In this document: positions 43,170 through 54,708 of the stretch, piece by piece
Layout: every line of letters begins with the position of its first letter
Position numbering within the stretch: the first letter of the stretch is position 1
DNA from: Candidatus Pampinifervens sinense
Lineage (GTDB): Bacteria; Aquificota; Aquificia; Aquificales; Aquificaceae
Length of the DNA: 64,000 nt
Assembly: GCA_037927135.1 (NCBI GenBank)
Contig: JAXSPP010000004.1
Location: 32,001 to 96,000 of the forward strand
Reading direction: 5' to 3'
Translations under genes and position numbers: made by a program
Notes under the pieces: model-generated
Database searches by the model: none
What the model was told of the DNA's origin: nothing
Seen by the model: the letters and a program-made list of their open reading frames with translations, nothing else

Positions 43170-44039
43170 ATGGAGTTTTTCTTTAACTTTTTAAGAAGCT
43201 TCTACGATTACACATTGGACATACTGCCTTACTTTTTTGTTGCGGTGCTTATCACTTCTTTACTTCAAAGCTTTACACAGTTAAATTGGCTCAAGCGGCT
43301 CCTAAAGAAGAAAAAAACAGCCCCACTCTTTACCGGCATATTAGGAGGTCTCCTTCCCGTATGTTCCTGTTCTATGCTTCCTATAGCCAACCTAATAAAC
43401 AGCCTATCAAGAAGCTATTCCCCCGTGCTATCCTTCCTTATAGTAGCTCCAGTCATCTCGCCTGTAACCCTTTTGCTTACCTATGGCTACTTTGGGTTCA
43501 CCATGACTTTAGTAAGGCTCATAGGCACATTCCTTTTTGCTCTCACCTTTGCTCACCTTATGGACCTCTTCTTTAAAAAACCGAAAACTCTGCCACTTAT
43601 CATGGGAGGAAGTGATCAGGAGAGAAGATCAAGGCTTTTTTTATACTATCTAAAGGAGAATCTGATAGGTATAGGTAAGTATGTGCTTTTAGGCATACTC
43701 ATAGCCTCACTTATAAAGACGCTTATCCCCCAAAGCTTTGTAAGACCGATAGCTGGCACATTATCCTCATACCTTCTTCTGTCCTTCCTATCTGTACCCA
43801 TATATGTTTGCTCTGGTGAAGAGGTTCCCATTGGAAAGGCCCTTGTGGATATAGGTTTCACTTTGGGCAATGCCCTCACCTTTATGTTAGGTGGTACGGG
43901 CATATGCATGCCTACCATACTGGCTGTTATGAAGTTTTTACCAAAGGCTTTGGTCTTAGCCTATACGATCTTCTGGCTCTTCTTCTCAGTTATAATGGGT
44001 CTTCTTTATGATAGGATACTATGGGGATTAAATTTTTAG
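43170..44039 (+). CDS. DUF318/ArsP-type permease
   Basis: PVCSCS and YVCSG motifs; multiple TM helices in two halves. Confidence 0.85.
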   Translation: MEFFFNFLRSFYDYTLDILPYFFVAVLITSLLQSFTQLNWLKRLLKKKKTAPLFTGILGGLLPVCSCSMLPIANLINSLSRSYSPVLSFLIVAPVISPVTLLLTYGYFGFTMTLVRLIGTFLFALTFAHLMDLFFKKPKTLPLIMGGSDQERRSRLFLYYLKENLIGIGKYVLLGILIASLIKTLIPQSFVRPIAGTLSSYLLLSFLSVPIYVCSGEEVPIGKALVDIGFTLGNALTFMLGGTGICMPTILAVMKFLPKALVLAYTIFWLFFSVIMGLLYDRILWGLNF

Positions 44040-44078
44040 TATAATGTATACACAATAGGCATAAAAAAGGAGGGACAG

Positions 44079-44432
44079 ATGGACAGATACACACAGGTTT
44101 TGCAAGAACTTATAAGGAATACGGGGCTTGAGGGTGCCTCTTTAGTTTCAGCCGACGGCCTTCCTATAGCCTCTGTGTTAAAACCTGGAATGGAGGAAGA
44201 TAGGATAGCGGCTATGAGCGCAGCCATACTTTCCTTGGGTGAGAGGGTCTCTGAGGAGTTGGCAAAGGGCAATTTAGAACAGATAACCATTAAAGGGAAC
44301 GATGGCTATGTTATATTGACTGGGGTGGGGAAGGAGGCGGTGATGGTTGTGCTTGCGGACAACAATGCAAAGCTTGGACTTTTGCTTATGGAGATAAGAA
44401 AGGCCCAGGACAAGCTCAAGGGGATGTTGTAA
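44079..44432 (+). CDS. Roadblock/LC7 domain protein (MglB-like GAP)
   Basis: LVSADGLPIAS, DRIAAMSAA, AKLGLLL. Confidence 0.9.
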   Translation: MDRYTQVLQELIRNTGLEGASLVSADGLPIASVLKPGMEEDRIAAMSAAILSLGERVSEELAKGNLEQITIKGNDGYVILTGVGKEAVMVVLADNNAKLGLLLMEIRKAQDKLKGML

Positions 44433-44438
44433 AGATAC

Positions 44439-45134
44439 ATGGCTTTAACGGGGGACCTTAAAACCTTTAACTTTGTGGACATATTTCAAGTGATAGCAAA
44501 AGATAAAAAGAGTGGTATTCTTTTGGTTGAATGGCCGGATATAACCGTTGCCTATTATATAAAGGATGGCCATGTTATCTTTGCAAGGCCTGTGGATAGG
44601 GTATTTAGAGTATATGTGGAAAGGGATTTTGATCTGCTAATAGAAAAGCTGCGTATCTCTAAGGAAAACCTTTTTAAAACCGTAGAAAGGTTTCTTATTG
44701 AGAGGTTAAATCTCAAAGATGGTGTCTTTTCCTTTACGCCAGGTTTTGTCAAATACGGCTCAAACAGCTATGGAGATGTGTATCCAATAGAGAAGATTAT
44801 AATGCTGGCTTCCCGAAACCTTCTTCAAGAGGAGGTGGAAAGAAAAATATCCGATGAACTGCTGGTTTTTGAACCTGTAGAAAATACTCAGGATGTTATA
44901 GAAAGGGCGGAGCTCACCCCAGAGGAACAGAAGGTGCTTTCCCTTGTGAACGGTGAAAGGACTGTTTATGACATAAGGAAGGATTCAGGCCTTGATAGCC
45001 TCACGGTAGACAGAGCTTTGTATGGCCTTTTGGCCTTAGGTGTGATAAAGAGGAAGAAGAAGGAAAGGAAGCAAAAGCCTTCTATCGCTTTAGATCTTCT
45101 TATGAAGATCATAGAAAGGATTAAAGAGCTATGA
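44439..45134 (+). CDS. DUF4388 (PATAN-like) domain protein with a C-terminal winged-helix-like segment
   Basis: MALTGDLKTF..DIFQ....KKSGIL...G.FSF; LTPEEQKVLSLVNGERTV. Confidence 0.8.
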   Translation: MALTGDLKTFNFVDIFQVIAKDKKSGILLVEWPDITVAYYIKDGHVIFARPVDRVFRVYVERDFDLLIEKLRISKENLFKTVERFLIERLNLKDGVFSFTPGFVKYGSNSYGDVYPIEKIIMLASRNLLQEEVERKISDELLVFEPVENTQDVIERAELTPEEQKVLSLVNGERTVYDIRKDSGLDSLTVDRALYGLLALGVIKRKKKERKQKPSIALDLLMKIIERIKEL

Positions 45135-45679
45135 AGAGGATAAAGAAGATTAAGATAGTTATAGCTGGACCCTTTGCGGCAGGTAAAACACAGTTTATAA
45201 ACACCGTTAGCGAGATAAAGACGGTGCAAACGGAAAGGAGGACAAGCACACCAGGGGAGAGGAGCGTAAAGGATTATACCACAGTTGCTATGGATTTTGG
45301 AAAGATACGCATAGACGATGAGCACGAGCTTTATCTTTTTGGAACTCCAGGCCAATCCAGGTTTGACTTCATGTGGGAGATCCTTGGAGAGGGTGCCCTC
45401 GGCATAATAATACTTGTGGACAGCACAGACCCTTCTACCTTTCACGAGGCAAGAAAGATAATAAACTTTTTTAGTTCTCGCTTTCCAGTTCCCATGGTGG
45501 TAGGGGCCAACAAACAGGATCTGCCAAATGCTTGGCCTCCGGAGGATGTGGCTACAGCCCTTGATATAAGCGAGGAAGAAGGCATACCGGTCGTTCCTGT
45601 ATCTGCCATAGATAAGGAGAGTGTAAAGAGGGTATTGCTTACACTCCTTGAGATGATAAAGGCTGAGCTAACCTCTTAA
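45131..45679 (+). CDS. MglA-family small Ras-like GTPase
   Basis: G1 GPFAAGKT, G2 TTVAMDFG, G3 GTPGQSRF, G4 NKQD, G5 SA. Confidence 0.92.
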   Translation: MKRIKKIKIVIAGPFAAGKTQFINTVSEIKTVQTERRTSTPGERSVKDYTTVAMDFGKIRIDDEHELYLFGTPGQSRFDFMWEILGEGALGIIILVDSTDPSTFHEARKIINFFSSRFPVPMVVGANKQDLPNAWPPEDVATALDISEEEGIPVVPVSAIDKESVKRVLLTLLEMIKAELTS

Positions 45680-46698
45680 GGGTATAAGGGAAGGCTTTTG
45701 AGACACAAGGTTTCTTCCAAGTTTGTAAGTAGGTTGAAGTTCTGTATAGCTTGAGAGGATGCTCCTTTCCCAAGGTTATCAATAAGGCTTATAAGCTCAA
45801 GGATAGAATTCCTCTCATCGTAATGGATATATATACAGCAAAGGTTTGTTCCGATTACGTGTTTAACATGGGGTGGCTCCTCCATCAACACCACAAAGGG
45901 TTCCTTTCTATAGCTTTCTCCGTATAGCTCTTTGTAATCAAGCTTAGGAGCACTTGTATAGACTTTCACCATCATACCCCTTACCAATGGCACCACTTGC
46001 GGTGTGAACCTAATGCTAACACTTTTACCATAGACCTCCTTTATTACTTCTTCCATCTCTGGAGTATGCCTATGCTTTTCTACAGAGTAAGCAAAGGCAT
46101 TGCCTTCCATTTCTGGGTAATGAAATTTCTGGCTTGGCTTCCTTCCCGCACCAGATATGCCCGAAATGGCATCAACTACAATCCACTCTAGATCTACCTT
46201 TTCTTTCAAAAGGGGATAGAGGGCCAAAAGGGTGGCTGTAGGATAACAGCCTGGGTTTGCCACAAGATCCGCCTTTTTTATCCTTTCCCTGAAGACCTCT
46301 GGCAAGCCGTAAACTGCTTTGTTAAGAAGGTCTGGGTGTGTGTGTTCAAAGCCATAGTATTCTAAATAGCTTTGAGGGTTTTTTATTCTGTACGCACCAG
46401 AGAGGTCTATAACCTTTTTCCCCTTTTCTAAAAGCTGTGGGACAAGCTCCAAAGAGGTCTCATGAGGTAAACATAAAAAGGCCACATCAAAATCTTCTTC
46501 AGGCTCTTCTAGAAGGTATTTCTGGCCTATTTGGCTGTTGCTAAAGTGTGGGAAAACTTCAGACAGTTTTCTTCCAGCGTGTGTTTGAACTACAAGAGAG
46601 GAGATTTTTACATAAGGGTGAAAGGAGAGAAGCCTTAAGAGCTCAATTCCTGTATAGCCTGTAGCACCATAGACGCATACGCTTATCTCTTGCTCCAT
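45676..46698 (-). CDS. argC: N-acetyl-gamma-glutamyl-phosphate reductase
   Basis: [27 protein letters not shown]. Confidence 0.96.
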   Translation of the reverse strand: MEQEISVCVYGATGYTGIELLRLLSFHPYVKISSLVVQTHAGRKLSEVFPHFSNSQIGQKYLLEEPEEDFDVAFLCLPHETSLELVPQLLEKGKKVIDLSGAYRIKNPQSYLEYYGFEHTHPDLLNKAVYGLPEVFRERIKKADLVANPGCYPTATLLALYPLLKEKVDLEWIVVDAISGISGAGRKPSQKFHYPEMEGNAFAYSVEKHRHTPEMEEVIKEVYGKSVSIRFTPQVVPLVRGMMVKVYTSAPKLDYKELYGESYRKEPFVVLMEEPPHVKHVIGTNLCCIYIHYDERNSILELISLIDNLGKGASSQAIQNFNLLTNLEETLCLKSLPLYP

Positions 46699-47123
46699 CT
46701 GTAGGCCTTTCTTGCCTTCATAAGGCCATACTTCTTCCTTTCCTTCTCCCTTGCGTCCCTTGTTAGTAGTCCTGCCTTTTTAAGCGTACTTCTCAGATCA
46801 GGATTGTATCTAACCAAGGCCTTTGCAACGCCGTACATTATGGCTTCCGCCTGGCCGCTTATACCACCACCGCTAACGGTAGCATATATACCAAACCTTC
46901 CTTCAAGGCCTGTTAGCTTTAAGGGATAAAGCACCTTGTTATAAAGGGTTTCCCTCTGAAGATATTGTCTCAAATCGTATTCTTTGCCTGTGTTTTTAAC
47001 CTTAACTATCTGCTTATCTGTGCCTTTCACTAGCCACACCCTTGCCACACTTTCCTTCCTTCTGCCAGTGGCATAGTAAGCGTTATCTGGACCTAGCTTA
47101 AAGTCCCTAAGCTTTACCGTCAT
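46683..47123 (-). CDS. rpsI: 30S ribosomal protein S9
   Basis: [29 protein letters not shown]...SKR. Confidence 0.98.
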   Translation of the reverse strand: MTVKLRDFKLGPDNAYYATGRRKESVARVWLVKGTDKQIVKVKNTGKEYDLRQYLQRETLYNKVLYPLKLTGLEGRFGIYATVSGGGISGQAEAIMYGVAKALVRYNPDLRSTLKKAGLLTRDAREKERKKYGLMKARKAYRWSKR

Positions 47124-47554
47124 GCTTCAACCTCCAAGACTTTGGGCTGTTGTGCTATATGAGGATGGTTGGGCCCTCTGTATATTTTGAGCCTTTTTAG
47201 CATCCTGTGACCCAGCTTGTTCTTAGGAAGCATCCTCTTTACGGCCAACCTTATCACCTCTTCAGGTTTGTGTTCAAGCATCCAAGCTAGTGTCCTCTCT
47301 TTTAATCCGCCCGGATAGTTGGTATGGAATTGATAGAGCTTTTGCTCAAGCTTTTTGCCTGTAACAGCTATCTTTTCCGCATTTACCACTATAACAAAAT
47401 CACCACAGTCCACATCAGGCTGGTAATAAGGCTTGTGTTTCCCTCTTAGAATCCTTGCAATCTGTGAAGCCAACCTTCCCAATATTTTCCCTTCTGCATC
47501 CACAACCCACCAATCCCTTACCACATCTTCCTTTCTAACATAATAGGTCTTCAT
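47120..47554 (-). CDS. rplM: 50S ribosomal protein L13
   Basis: [27 protein letters not shown]. Confidence 0.98.
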   Translation of the reverse strand: MKTYYVRKEDVVRDWWVVDAEGKILGRLASQIARILRGKHKPYYQPDVDCGDFVIVVNAEKIAVTGKKLEQKLYQFHTNYPGGLKERTLAWMLEHKPEEVIRLAVKRMLPKNKLGHRMLKRLKIYRGPNHPHIAQQPKVLEVEA

Positions 47555-47604
47555 CTTCCTTCTCCTTTCTGTAGGTTATTCAAGGCATTTTATTATACCA
47601 CAAC

Positions 47605-48027
47605 TTACCTTTCCGCCTGCAACTTATACCCACCTTCCATCCATCCCTCCGGGTAATACCAATCCCTGAAGTATCTGTATCCTAGCCTTTTGAGCTTTGA
47701 TCCAAGTCTTGTCTCTTCTGGAGGCATGCCAGCCTTTAGCTCTTCAAGCGTCCTTCTATCATCATAGTATTCCACAAAGACTCTTCTGAAGTATCTGGAG
47801 ATGATCTCATAGAGGGAGTCCTCTAAAGGGGAGTCAAAAAAGTCTGGGTCTATATGGAAGAGTTCTATCCATTCTTTCCAATAGGGCTTTCTGCCATAGA
47901 AGGCCTTCATATAAAGAAGTCTCTTACCCTTCCATCGGATTACAATATTCTCTTCCTCCAAAAACCTTCCCCCTTCTATCCTTTCTATTTCAAAGTATCT
48001 TTTAAGATCTTCCTTGAAGTTTTCCAT
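47605..48027 (-). CDS. DUF1122 family protein
   Basis: GR..EE, FYGR.PY..EWIE, FRDWYYPEG..EG..KLQA. Confidence 0.8.
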   Translation of the reverse strand: MENFKEDLKRYFEIERIEGGRFLEEENIVIRWKGKRLLYMKAFYGRKPYWKEWIELFHIDPDFFDSPLEDSLYEIISRYFRRVFVEYYDDRRTLEELKAGMPPEETRLGSKLKRLGYRYFRDWYYPEGWMEGGYKLQAER

Positions 48028-48029
48028 TT

Positions 48030-49613
48030 TCAACTTGTTATCCTTTCCTCATCCTTATGAAGCTTATATATTAGACTGTCTGTAAGAGCTATCCAAGAGG
48101 CCTCTATTATGTTCTCCGATACACCTACAGTACCCCATTTCATGTGCCCATCTGTTGACTCAATGAGAACCCTCACCTTTGCGCTTGTGCCTTCAGACTC
48201 GTTAACTATTCTCACCTTATAGTCTATAAGCTGGACCTCCTTAAGGTTTGGATAGAACTCCTCTAATGCCTTCCTTAGAGCCCTGTCTAAAGCGCTCACC
48301 GGACCGTTCCCCAATGCGGCAGTATGCTGTTTTACATCACCCACAAAAAGCCTCACTGTAGCTTCAGAGACTGGGAGGTTATCGGTGCTTCTCTTTGCGA
48401 TAAGAACTCTGTAGGCGTCCAATGTAAAGTAATCCTTTACTAGGCCAAAGTGTCTTTTGCAGAGTAGTTCAAAGGATGCTTCCGCAGCCTCAAAATGATA
48501 CCCTTCCTTTTCCAGCTCCTTTATCTTTTCCAATAACCTTATGAGCTCTGGAGACTTTTCATCAATTTCAATGCCCATTTCTCTGAGTTTGTAGAGTATA
48601 TTGCTCTTGCCAGAAAGGTCTGAAACGGTTATCTTCCTCTTGTTGCCTACAAGAGCAGGATCAATATGTTCATAGGTGCTAGAGTGCCTCATAACAGCAG
48701 AGGCGTGAACGCCAGCCTTGTGAGCAAAGGCACTCTCACCCACATAGGGCATGTTCTTTGGTAAGGGCATGTTGGATAGCTCGGATACAAAGTGGCTAAG
48801 CTCTGTGAGTTTCTTTAGGCTTTCACTAGATACCACACTGTAGCCCATCTTCAGCTGCAAATTGGGAATTATGGAGCAAAGGTTTGCATTACCCGTCCTT
48901 TCTCCTATACCGTTGATAGTTCCATGAACCTGCCTTGCTCCCGCCAAAACGGCCATCAAAGAGTTGGCTACAGCCGTGTCTGAGTCGTTGTGAGCATGTA
49001 TACCTATCCTTGCCTCTGGAAAGACCTCTTTTACCTTTTTTGTTATCTCATAAACCTCATGGGGTAGGCTCCCACCGTTGGTATCGCATAGCACTATCCA
49101 GTCTGCACCACCTTCCAAGGCAGACCTTAAAACCTCAAGGGCATATTGGGGATTGTTTTTATAGCCATCAAAGAAGTGCTCCGCATCAAATATGACTTCT
49201 TCCACATGCTTTTTGAGATAGCTTACCGTTTCATAGACCATGGAGAGGTTCTCTTCCAAGGTGGTCTTTAGGGCTTCAAGCACATGAAAATCCCAGCTTT
49301 TGCCAAAGATGGTTATCACTTGAGCGCCAGACTTTATAAGGTTTGCCACCTGAGGGTCTTCTTCCACCTTCTTGCCTGGCCTCCTTGTTGATCCAAAGGC
49401 CACTATCTTGGCGTGAAGCGGTCTATACTTTCTTAACCTCTCAAAGAGTATAGTATCCTTTGGATTGGCACCAGGCCATCCACACTCTATGTAATCAATA
49501 CCAAACTCATCCAGCTTTTGGAGTATGCGTAGTTTGTCCTCAAGGGAAAAGTTCACACCTTCCGCTTGAGAGCCGTCTCTTAGTGTGGTGTCATAAATGA
49601 AAACCTTTTCCAT
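48030..49613 (-). CDS. cimA: Citramalate synthase (LeuA-like)
   Basis: [38 protein letters not shown]; regulatory domain present. Confidence 0.9.
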   Translation of the reverse strand: MEKVFIYDTTLRDGSQAEGVNFSLEDKLRILQKLDEFGIDYIECGWPGANPKDTILFERLRKYRPLHAKIVAFGSTRRPGKKVEEDPQVANLIKSGAQVITIFGKSWDFHVLEALKTTLEENLSMVYETVSYLKKHVEEVIFDAEHFFDGYKNNPQYALEVLRSALEGGADWIVLCDTNGGSLPHEVYEITKKVKEVFPEARIGIHAHNDSDTAVANSLMAVLAGARQVHGTINGIGERTGNANLCSIIPNLQLKMGYSVVSSESLKKLTELSHFVSELSNMPLPKNMPYVGESAFAHKAGVHASAVMRHSSTYEHIDPALVGNKRKITVSDLSGKSNILYKLREMGIEIDEKSPELIRLLEKIKELEKEGYHFEAAEASFELLCKRHFGLVKDYFTLDAYRVLIAKRSTDNLPVSEATVRLFVGDVKQHTAALGNGPVSALDRALRKALEEFYPNLKEVQLIDYKVRIVNESEGTSAKVRVLIESTDGHMKWGTVGVSENIIEASWIALTDSLIYKLHKDEERITS

Positions 49614-49626
49614 AATATAAAATATA

Positions 49627-51159
49627 TCACCTTATCCTTAGCTTCCTTGGTTGAGCTTTGCTTTTCTGCCTTAGCTCTTCAAAATCGGTAGGCTTTTCTA
49701 TGTCGGGCAGGCTAAGGGCCCTCAGGCTTTCTTGAAAGGCCCTCTCAAGGTTATACGCCTTAAAGTTCTTCACATAATCTGGTATAAGGTGGTATTCTTC
49801 CCTTTTCAATGCTTCAATGAGCTCCATAAGGTATGGTGATAGCTTTAACTTGTCCAGTTCAACACCTTCAAAGCCAAACCTGTAAAGCCCAGCCAAAAGC
49901 ACAGCTTCATGATAGCTAAGGGGGGGATGTTCCTTTTTCTCCTTTATGTCTACTTTAACCAGCCTCTCCTGGAGGCTTGTGATGGGGAGGGAAGTGGCCT
50001 TTGAAAGCTCCTTTAGTATCTCATACCTTTTTACACCATCGGGGATAAAACTGCAAAAGTATAGAAGGTCTTCAAAGGCCTCCCTATCTCCCTCTTTTAC
50101 CCTTTGAAGAAGGTGTTGATCTATAGCTTGGCTTGTTCTTATCAAGCTTTTTAGTCCTTGAGGGTCCTTCTTTACAAAGGAGTCTGGGTCTTCTCCCTCC
50201 GGCAGATAGACTACCCTCACCTGCATACCAGCCTTCAAAAGGTAAGGCACAGAGGACCTTACCGCCTTCCTTCCAGCCTTATCGCCATCGTAAAGTAAAA
50301 CAACTCTTTTTACCAACTTTGATAGCATAAGGGCATGCTCTTCCGTAAGAGCTGTGCCAAGGGGTGCTACGCAATTCCTTATTCCCTCCTGCCACAGGCT
50401 CATAAGGTCAAAGTAGCCTTCCACAATGATCACCTCTTCCTCTTCCCTTATGTGTTCCTTTGCCTCATATAGTCCAAAAAGGGTGGACCTCTTTTTAAAG
50501 ACCTCCGACTCGGGTGAGTTTATATACTTTGGCTGGCTTCCATCAATGCTTCTTCCCCCAAAGGCTATCACATCTCCTTTCATATCCCTTACTGGAATGA
50601 TAAGCCTGTTTTTAAAGAGGTCTCTGTAGAGGCCCTCCTCTATCTTTGTTATGTTTCCACTCTTTTCATAAACCTCTAATAGCCCCTCCTCAGAAAGTAG
50701 TCTTATAAGCTTTTCTGTATTTCCAGAAAAACCCAGAGTGAACTTGCTTATGGTTCTTGAGCTTATCCCTCTACTCTCAAGGTATTCTAAAGCCTGTTTG
50801 CTCTCCTTTAGTTGTTCATGGTAAAACTCTGCCACCTTTTGAAGGGCAACAAGGAGTTTGCTGTCTTTTTCTTTTCTTCTTAACCTTATGGAAATTCCAT
50901 ACCTTTTTGCAAGCTTTTCCACAGCCTCCCAGTAGTCTATATTCTCATAAAGGGAGACAAACTTTATGGCATCTCCACCCACACCACAACCAAAGCATTT
51001 GAATATGCCTTTTGAAGGTGAAACATAAAAGGAAGGTGTGTCGTCGGGATGAAAGGGACATCTGGCGGCGTAGTTGTTTCCCACCCTTTTTAACTCTATG
51101 TAAGAGGAGATCACATCCACTATGTCAATCTTTCCAAGAAGGTCCTTGAGGGAGGGCAT
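49627..51159 (-). CDS. dnaG: DNA primase
   Basis: CPFH...CFGC zinc finger, KYINSPE, TOPRIM EGYFD and YDGD. Confidence 0.96.
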   Translation of the reverse strand: MPSLKDLLGKIDIVDVISSYIELKRVGNNYAARCPFHPDDTPSFYVSPSKGIFKCFGCGVGGDAIKFVSLYENIDYWEAVEKLAKRYGISIRLRRKEKDSKLLVALQKVAEFYHEQLKESKQALEYLESRGISSRTISKFTLGFSGNTEKLIRLLSEEGLLEVYEKSGNITKIEEGLYRDLFKNRLIIPVRDMKGDVIAFGGRSIDGSQPKYINSPESEVFKKRSTLFGLYEAKEHIREEEEVIIVEGYFDLMSLWQEGIRNCVAPLGTALTEEHALMLSKLVKRVVLLYDGDKAGRKAVRSSVPYLLKAGMQVRVVYLPEGEDPDSFVKKDPQGLKSLIRTSQAIDQHLLQRVKEGDREAFEDLLYFCSFIPDGVKRYEILKELSKATSLPITSLQERLVKVDIKEKKEHPPLSYHEAVLLAGLYRFGFEGVELDKLKLSPYLMELIEALKREEYHLIPDYVKNFKAYNLERAFQESLRALSLPDIEKPTDFEELRQKSKAQPRKLRIR

Positions 51160-51168
51160 AGGGAATAA

Positions 51169-51363
51169 TTATAGGCCTATCTCCACCCTTGAGTTCTCAT
51201 CGTAAATGTATAGCTTTCCTTCTTCCTCATCTTTTGTCCTTTTATGAGAGCCATCACAAAAAGGAGGGTTTTTTGAAAGACCACATTGGCATATGTAAAA
51301 GGTCTCTTCCCCTACCTCAAGCTTATAAGGGCCTTTTTCTGTATGCTTTACAAGTCTTGCCAT
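51169..51363 (-). CDS. CDGSH iron-sulfur domain protein
   Basis: CQCGLSKNPPFCDGSH; ATG 51363 follows SD AAGGAGG. Confidence 0.92.
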   Translation of the reverse strand: MARLVKHTEKGPYKLEVGEETFYICQCGLSKNPPFCDGSHKRTKDEEEGKLYIYDENSRVEIGL

Positions 51364-51412
51364 AGCAAACCTCCTTAAACGTATAGTATAATACCAATAG
51401 TAAAAGTTGGCT

Positions 51413-52435
51413 ATGATCGCTTTATACCTAAAAGATTCACCACAAAAGCTTTCCAATATACTGTCTTCCTTAGGAGTTTCCTTTTCTACCATTGGAAATG
51501 TTTTTATACTGGATATGGAAAAGCATGCCTTTTTTCTTATAGTAGAAGACCTTCCAAAGGAAATAACAAAAAAGTTAAAAATTTCCTTTGTAGAAAAAGA
51601 AGACCTTTCAAGCGCAGAAAAGTTAATTGAGATAGGTTTTAGATCTATATCCCTTGAAGAGTTTGCCGAAGAAAACTTGTTCTATGGTTTGTCTGAGGTG
51701 CTGAATAATGGGGATATCTATTTTCATTCCATCATAGATGTAAAAACAAAGAAGATATACGGCTTTGAAGCCTTGTGCAGACTACCTATTCCCATATATA
51801 AGCTCTTTAAAGTAAGCGATAGGATTGCCTTCTTTGCGGACAATTTCTGCAGAGAAAGGGCTTTGCTGGACTATACAAGGCGTTTTCCCATGCAAAATTA
51901 TCATCTGTTTTTAAACTTTCATCCCAAGTTTTTGAAAAACCCTTTGGAGAACGTGGGAGAGTTGATCACAAGCCTTATGAACAAGGAAGTGGATGCTTCA
52001 AAGATAGTTGTGGAAATAGATGAGTATGAGGGAATGGATTTAAAGAGTGTAAAGCTTATTAGAGACTTTTTAAAGGCGGAAGGTATACAGGTTGCCCTTG
52101 ATGATGTGGGGGCTGGCTACGCTGGGCTTTACCAGCTGACAGAAATACACCCAGACATCGCCAAGCTTGACATGGCCCTCGTTAGAGATGTTTATAAAAG
52201 CCCTGTTAAGCAGGCCGTTGTAAAGGGGCTAATATCTGCCTGCAAAGCCAGTAATATAAAGGTTTTGGCCGAAGGCATAGAAAAGGAAGAAGAGCTACTC
52301 TTCCTTTTGGAGGCTGGTGTGGACCTGCTTCAAGGCTTCCTCTTTTCCAAGCCAAGCCCATATCCAAACACAAGGGAAATAGAGAAGGTGGCTTATAATT
52401 TATTAGCTAAACACCCTTTAGGAGGTTTATTATGA
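51413..52435 (+). CDS. EAL-domain c-di-GMP phosphodiesterase
   Basis: [32 protein letters not shown]; start uncertain (TTG 51407 or ATG 51413). Confidence 0.88.
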   Translation: MIALYLKDSPQKLSNILSSLGVSFSTIGNVFILDMEKHAFFLIVEDLPKEITKKLKISFVEKEDLSSAEKLIEIGFRSISLEEFAEENLFYGLSEVLNNGDIYFHSIIDVKTKKIYGFEALCRLPIPIYKLFKVSDRIAFFADNFCRERALLDYTRRFPMQNYHLFLNFHPKFLKNPLENVGELITSLMNKEVDASKIVVEIDEYEGMDLKSVKLIRDFLKAEGIQVALDDVGAGYAGLYQLTEIHPDIAKLDMALVRDVYKSPVKQAVVKGLISACKASNIKVLAEGIEKEEELLFLLEAGVDLLQGFLFSKPSPYPNTREIEKVAYNLLAKHPLGGLL

Positions 52436-54708
52436 AAACCTTAGCCTATGGCTTTCCTAAGCTGGGAGAAAAGAGGGAGTTCAAAAGCCTTCTGGAGGAC
52501 TTTTGGAGGGGCAAGATAAAAGAGGAGGATCTTATAAATGGTATGAACGCTCTAAAGGAGTGGATGGCAGGCATATACAGCACATATGTGGACCTCTTCC
52601 CTTCCGGTGAGGTCTCCTACTACGACTTTATGCTTGATATGGCCATAACGGTGGGAGCCATACCAAAGAGGTTTGGCCAATATATGGGTCTTGAGACCTA
52701 CTTCCAGATGGCAAGGGGTGCTCAGGCGCTGGAGATGACCAAATACTTCAACACCAACTACCACTACCTTGTGCCGGAATTGGAAGGAAAAGACTTTAAA
52801 CTCTTCAAAAATATCCCCCTTGAAGAGTACAGCTTTTTAAAGTCCAAGGGCTATGACCCCCTTCCAAGGCTTATAGCACCCTTTACCTTTTTAAAGCTTT
52901 CCAAGGTTTTAAAAAGGTCCGAATATTCAGAGTTGCCCCTTTATGAGCTTTCAAAGATAGAAGGCCAAAGGGAAATGGAAGACTACCTAAATGCCATCTT
53001 CCCCGTCTATGAAGAGCTTCTAAAGAGCCTCTCTCAAGCTGGCGCAAGGGCTGTTCTGATGGAGGACCCAGCCCTGTGCCTTGATATGGAAGATTGGGAG
53101 TGGGATCTTGTGCATGAAACCTACAGCTGTCTTAGCAAGTATGCAGACCTTTATGTGATAACCTACTACGATAGTGTGTCCGACTACAAGAGGTTTGTAG
53201 ACCTTCCCGTAAAGGCCTTGGGACTTGACCTTGTGTCCAATGGTGAAAACCTTGAGAATATAAGAAGGTATGGCTTTCCGGAGGATAAGGTCCTTATAGC
53301 GGGCATAATAAACGGAAGGAATGTGTGGAGGGCAAACTTAAAGGAAAAGCTAAGCCTTATAGAAGAGCTTTCCAAGCTTTCTAAGGACCTTATAATCTCC
53401 AACTCCTGCCCCCTTTTCCATCTTCCTGTGAGCGTAGAGCCAGAAGACAGCCTGCCGGAAGGCCTAAAAGAGAGGCTTTCCTTTGCCAAGGAGAAGCTCC
53501 GTGAGCTAAAGACCCTAAAGCTTGCCTTTGAGGGAGAAGAAATTGCCTTAAAAGAGGTGGAGGAGTCTGCAAGGCTATCAAAAGAAGGCTTTGGAGTAAG
53601 GGAAGAGGTAAGAAGAAGGATAGCCAGCCTCAGGCCAGAGGACTTTCAGAGGGAACTTCCTTACGCGGAAAGGATAAAAATACAGCAGGAGATTTTAAAC
53701 CTTCCCCTCTTGCCCACCACTACTATAGGCTCTTTTCCACAGACAGAGGAGGTGAGGAAGGCAAGGACTGCTTACAACTCTGGAAAGATGTCTGAGGAGG
53801 AGTACAAGGAGTTTATAAGAAAACAGATAGAGCATGTGATAAGGGTTCAAGAAGAGATAGGCTTGGATGTGCTTGTGCATGGTGAGTTTGAAAGAACAGA
53901 CATGGTAGAGTTCTTTGCCCAAAGGCTGGAGGGCATTGCCACCACCAAGCACGGATGGGTTCTCTCCTATGGCTCAAGAGTCTACAGGCCACCCATCATA
54001 TACGGAGACGTCTACAGGCCAAGGCCTATGACGGTGGAGGAGATAAGCTACGCTCAGTCTTTGACAAGTAAGCCCGTAAAAGGCATGCTCACAGGACCTG
54101 TCACCATCCTCAACTGGAGCTACTACAGGGAGGACATACCAAAGCATGAGATAGCTTACCAGATAGCCTTGGCCCTCTTAGAAGAGGTAAAAGACCTTGA
54201 GTCTGCGGGCATAAAGGTCATTCAGATAGATGAGCCAGCCTTTAGAGAAGGAGCTCCTCTAAAGAGGAGGGATTGGCCCTCTTACTTTGATTGGGCTGTA
54301 AAGGCCTTTAGGCTGTGCTCTAGGGCAAAGCCACAAACTCAGATACACACCCACATGTGCTACAGTGAGTTTAACGAAGTGATTGAGTACATCTATCAGA
54401 TGGACTTTGATGTCATATCCATAGAGGCCTCAAGGAGTAAAGGAGAGATCATATCGGCCTTTGAGAGCTTTAAGGGATGGGACAGACAGATAGGTATAGG
54501 TGTTTATGATATACACTCGCCCGCCGTGCCTACAAAGGCACAGATAAGGGCGGTGCTTGAGAGGGCCATGAAGGTGCTTCCTGTGGAGCTCCTTTGGGTA
54601 AATCCAGACTGTGGTCTAAAGACAAGAAGATGGGAAGAGGTAGTGCCATCTTTGAAGAATATGGTGGAAACAGCCAAAGAGCTAAGGGAGGAGCTTGTAA
54701 AGGCATGA
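52432..54708 (+). CDS. metE: Cobalamin-independent methionine synthase
   Basis: [34 protein letters not shown]. Confidence 0.97.
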   Translation: MKTLAYGFPKLGEKREFKSLLEDFWRGKIKEEDLINGMNALKEWMAGIYSTYVDLFPSGEVSYYDFMLDMAITVGAIPKRFGQYMGLETYFQMARGAQALEMTKYFNTNYHYLVPELEGKDFKLFKNIPLEEYSFLKSKGYDPLPRLIAPFTFLKLSKVLKRSEYSELPLYELSKIEGQREMEDYLNAIFPVYEELLKSLSQAGARAVLMEDPALCLDMEDWEWDLVHETYSCLSKYADLYVITYYDSVSDYKRFVDLPVKALGLDLVSNGENLENIRRYGFPEDKVLIAGIINGRNVWRANLKEKLSLIEELSKLSKDLIISNSCPLFHLPVSVEPEDSLPEGLKERLSFAKEKLRELKTLKLAFEGEEIALKEVEESARLSKEGFGVREEVRRRIASLRPEDFQRELPYAERIKIQQEILNLPLLPTTTIGSFPQTEEVRKARTAYNSGKMSEEEYKEFIRKQIEHVIRVQEEIGLDVLVHGEFERTDMVEFFAQRLEGIATTKHGWVLSYGSRVYRPPIIYGDVYRPRPMTVEEISYAQSLTSKPVKGMLTGPVTILNWSYYREDIPKHEIAYQIALALLEEVKDLESAGIKVIQIDEPAFREGAPLKRRDWPSYFDWAVKAFRLCSRAKPQTQIHTHMCYSEFNEVIEYIYQMDFDVISIEASRSKGEIISAFESFKGWDRQIGIGVYDIHSPAVPTKAQIRAVLERAMKVLPVELLWVNPDCGLKTRRWEEVVPSLKNMVETAKELREELVKA

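Noticed and set aside
51364-51492. Extension of the CDGSH ORF to 51492
   Set aside because: Overlaps the EAL gene; SD supports ATG 51363.
54594-54704. 37-aa N-terminal extension of transketolase
   Set aside because: Lies within metE; ATGA-coupled start at 54705 fits the family N-terminus.
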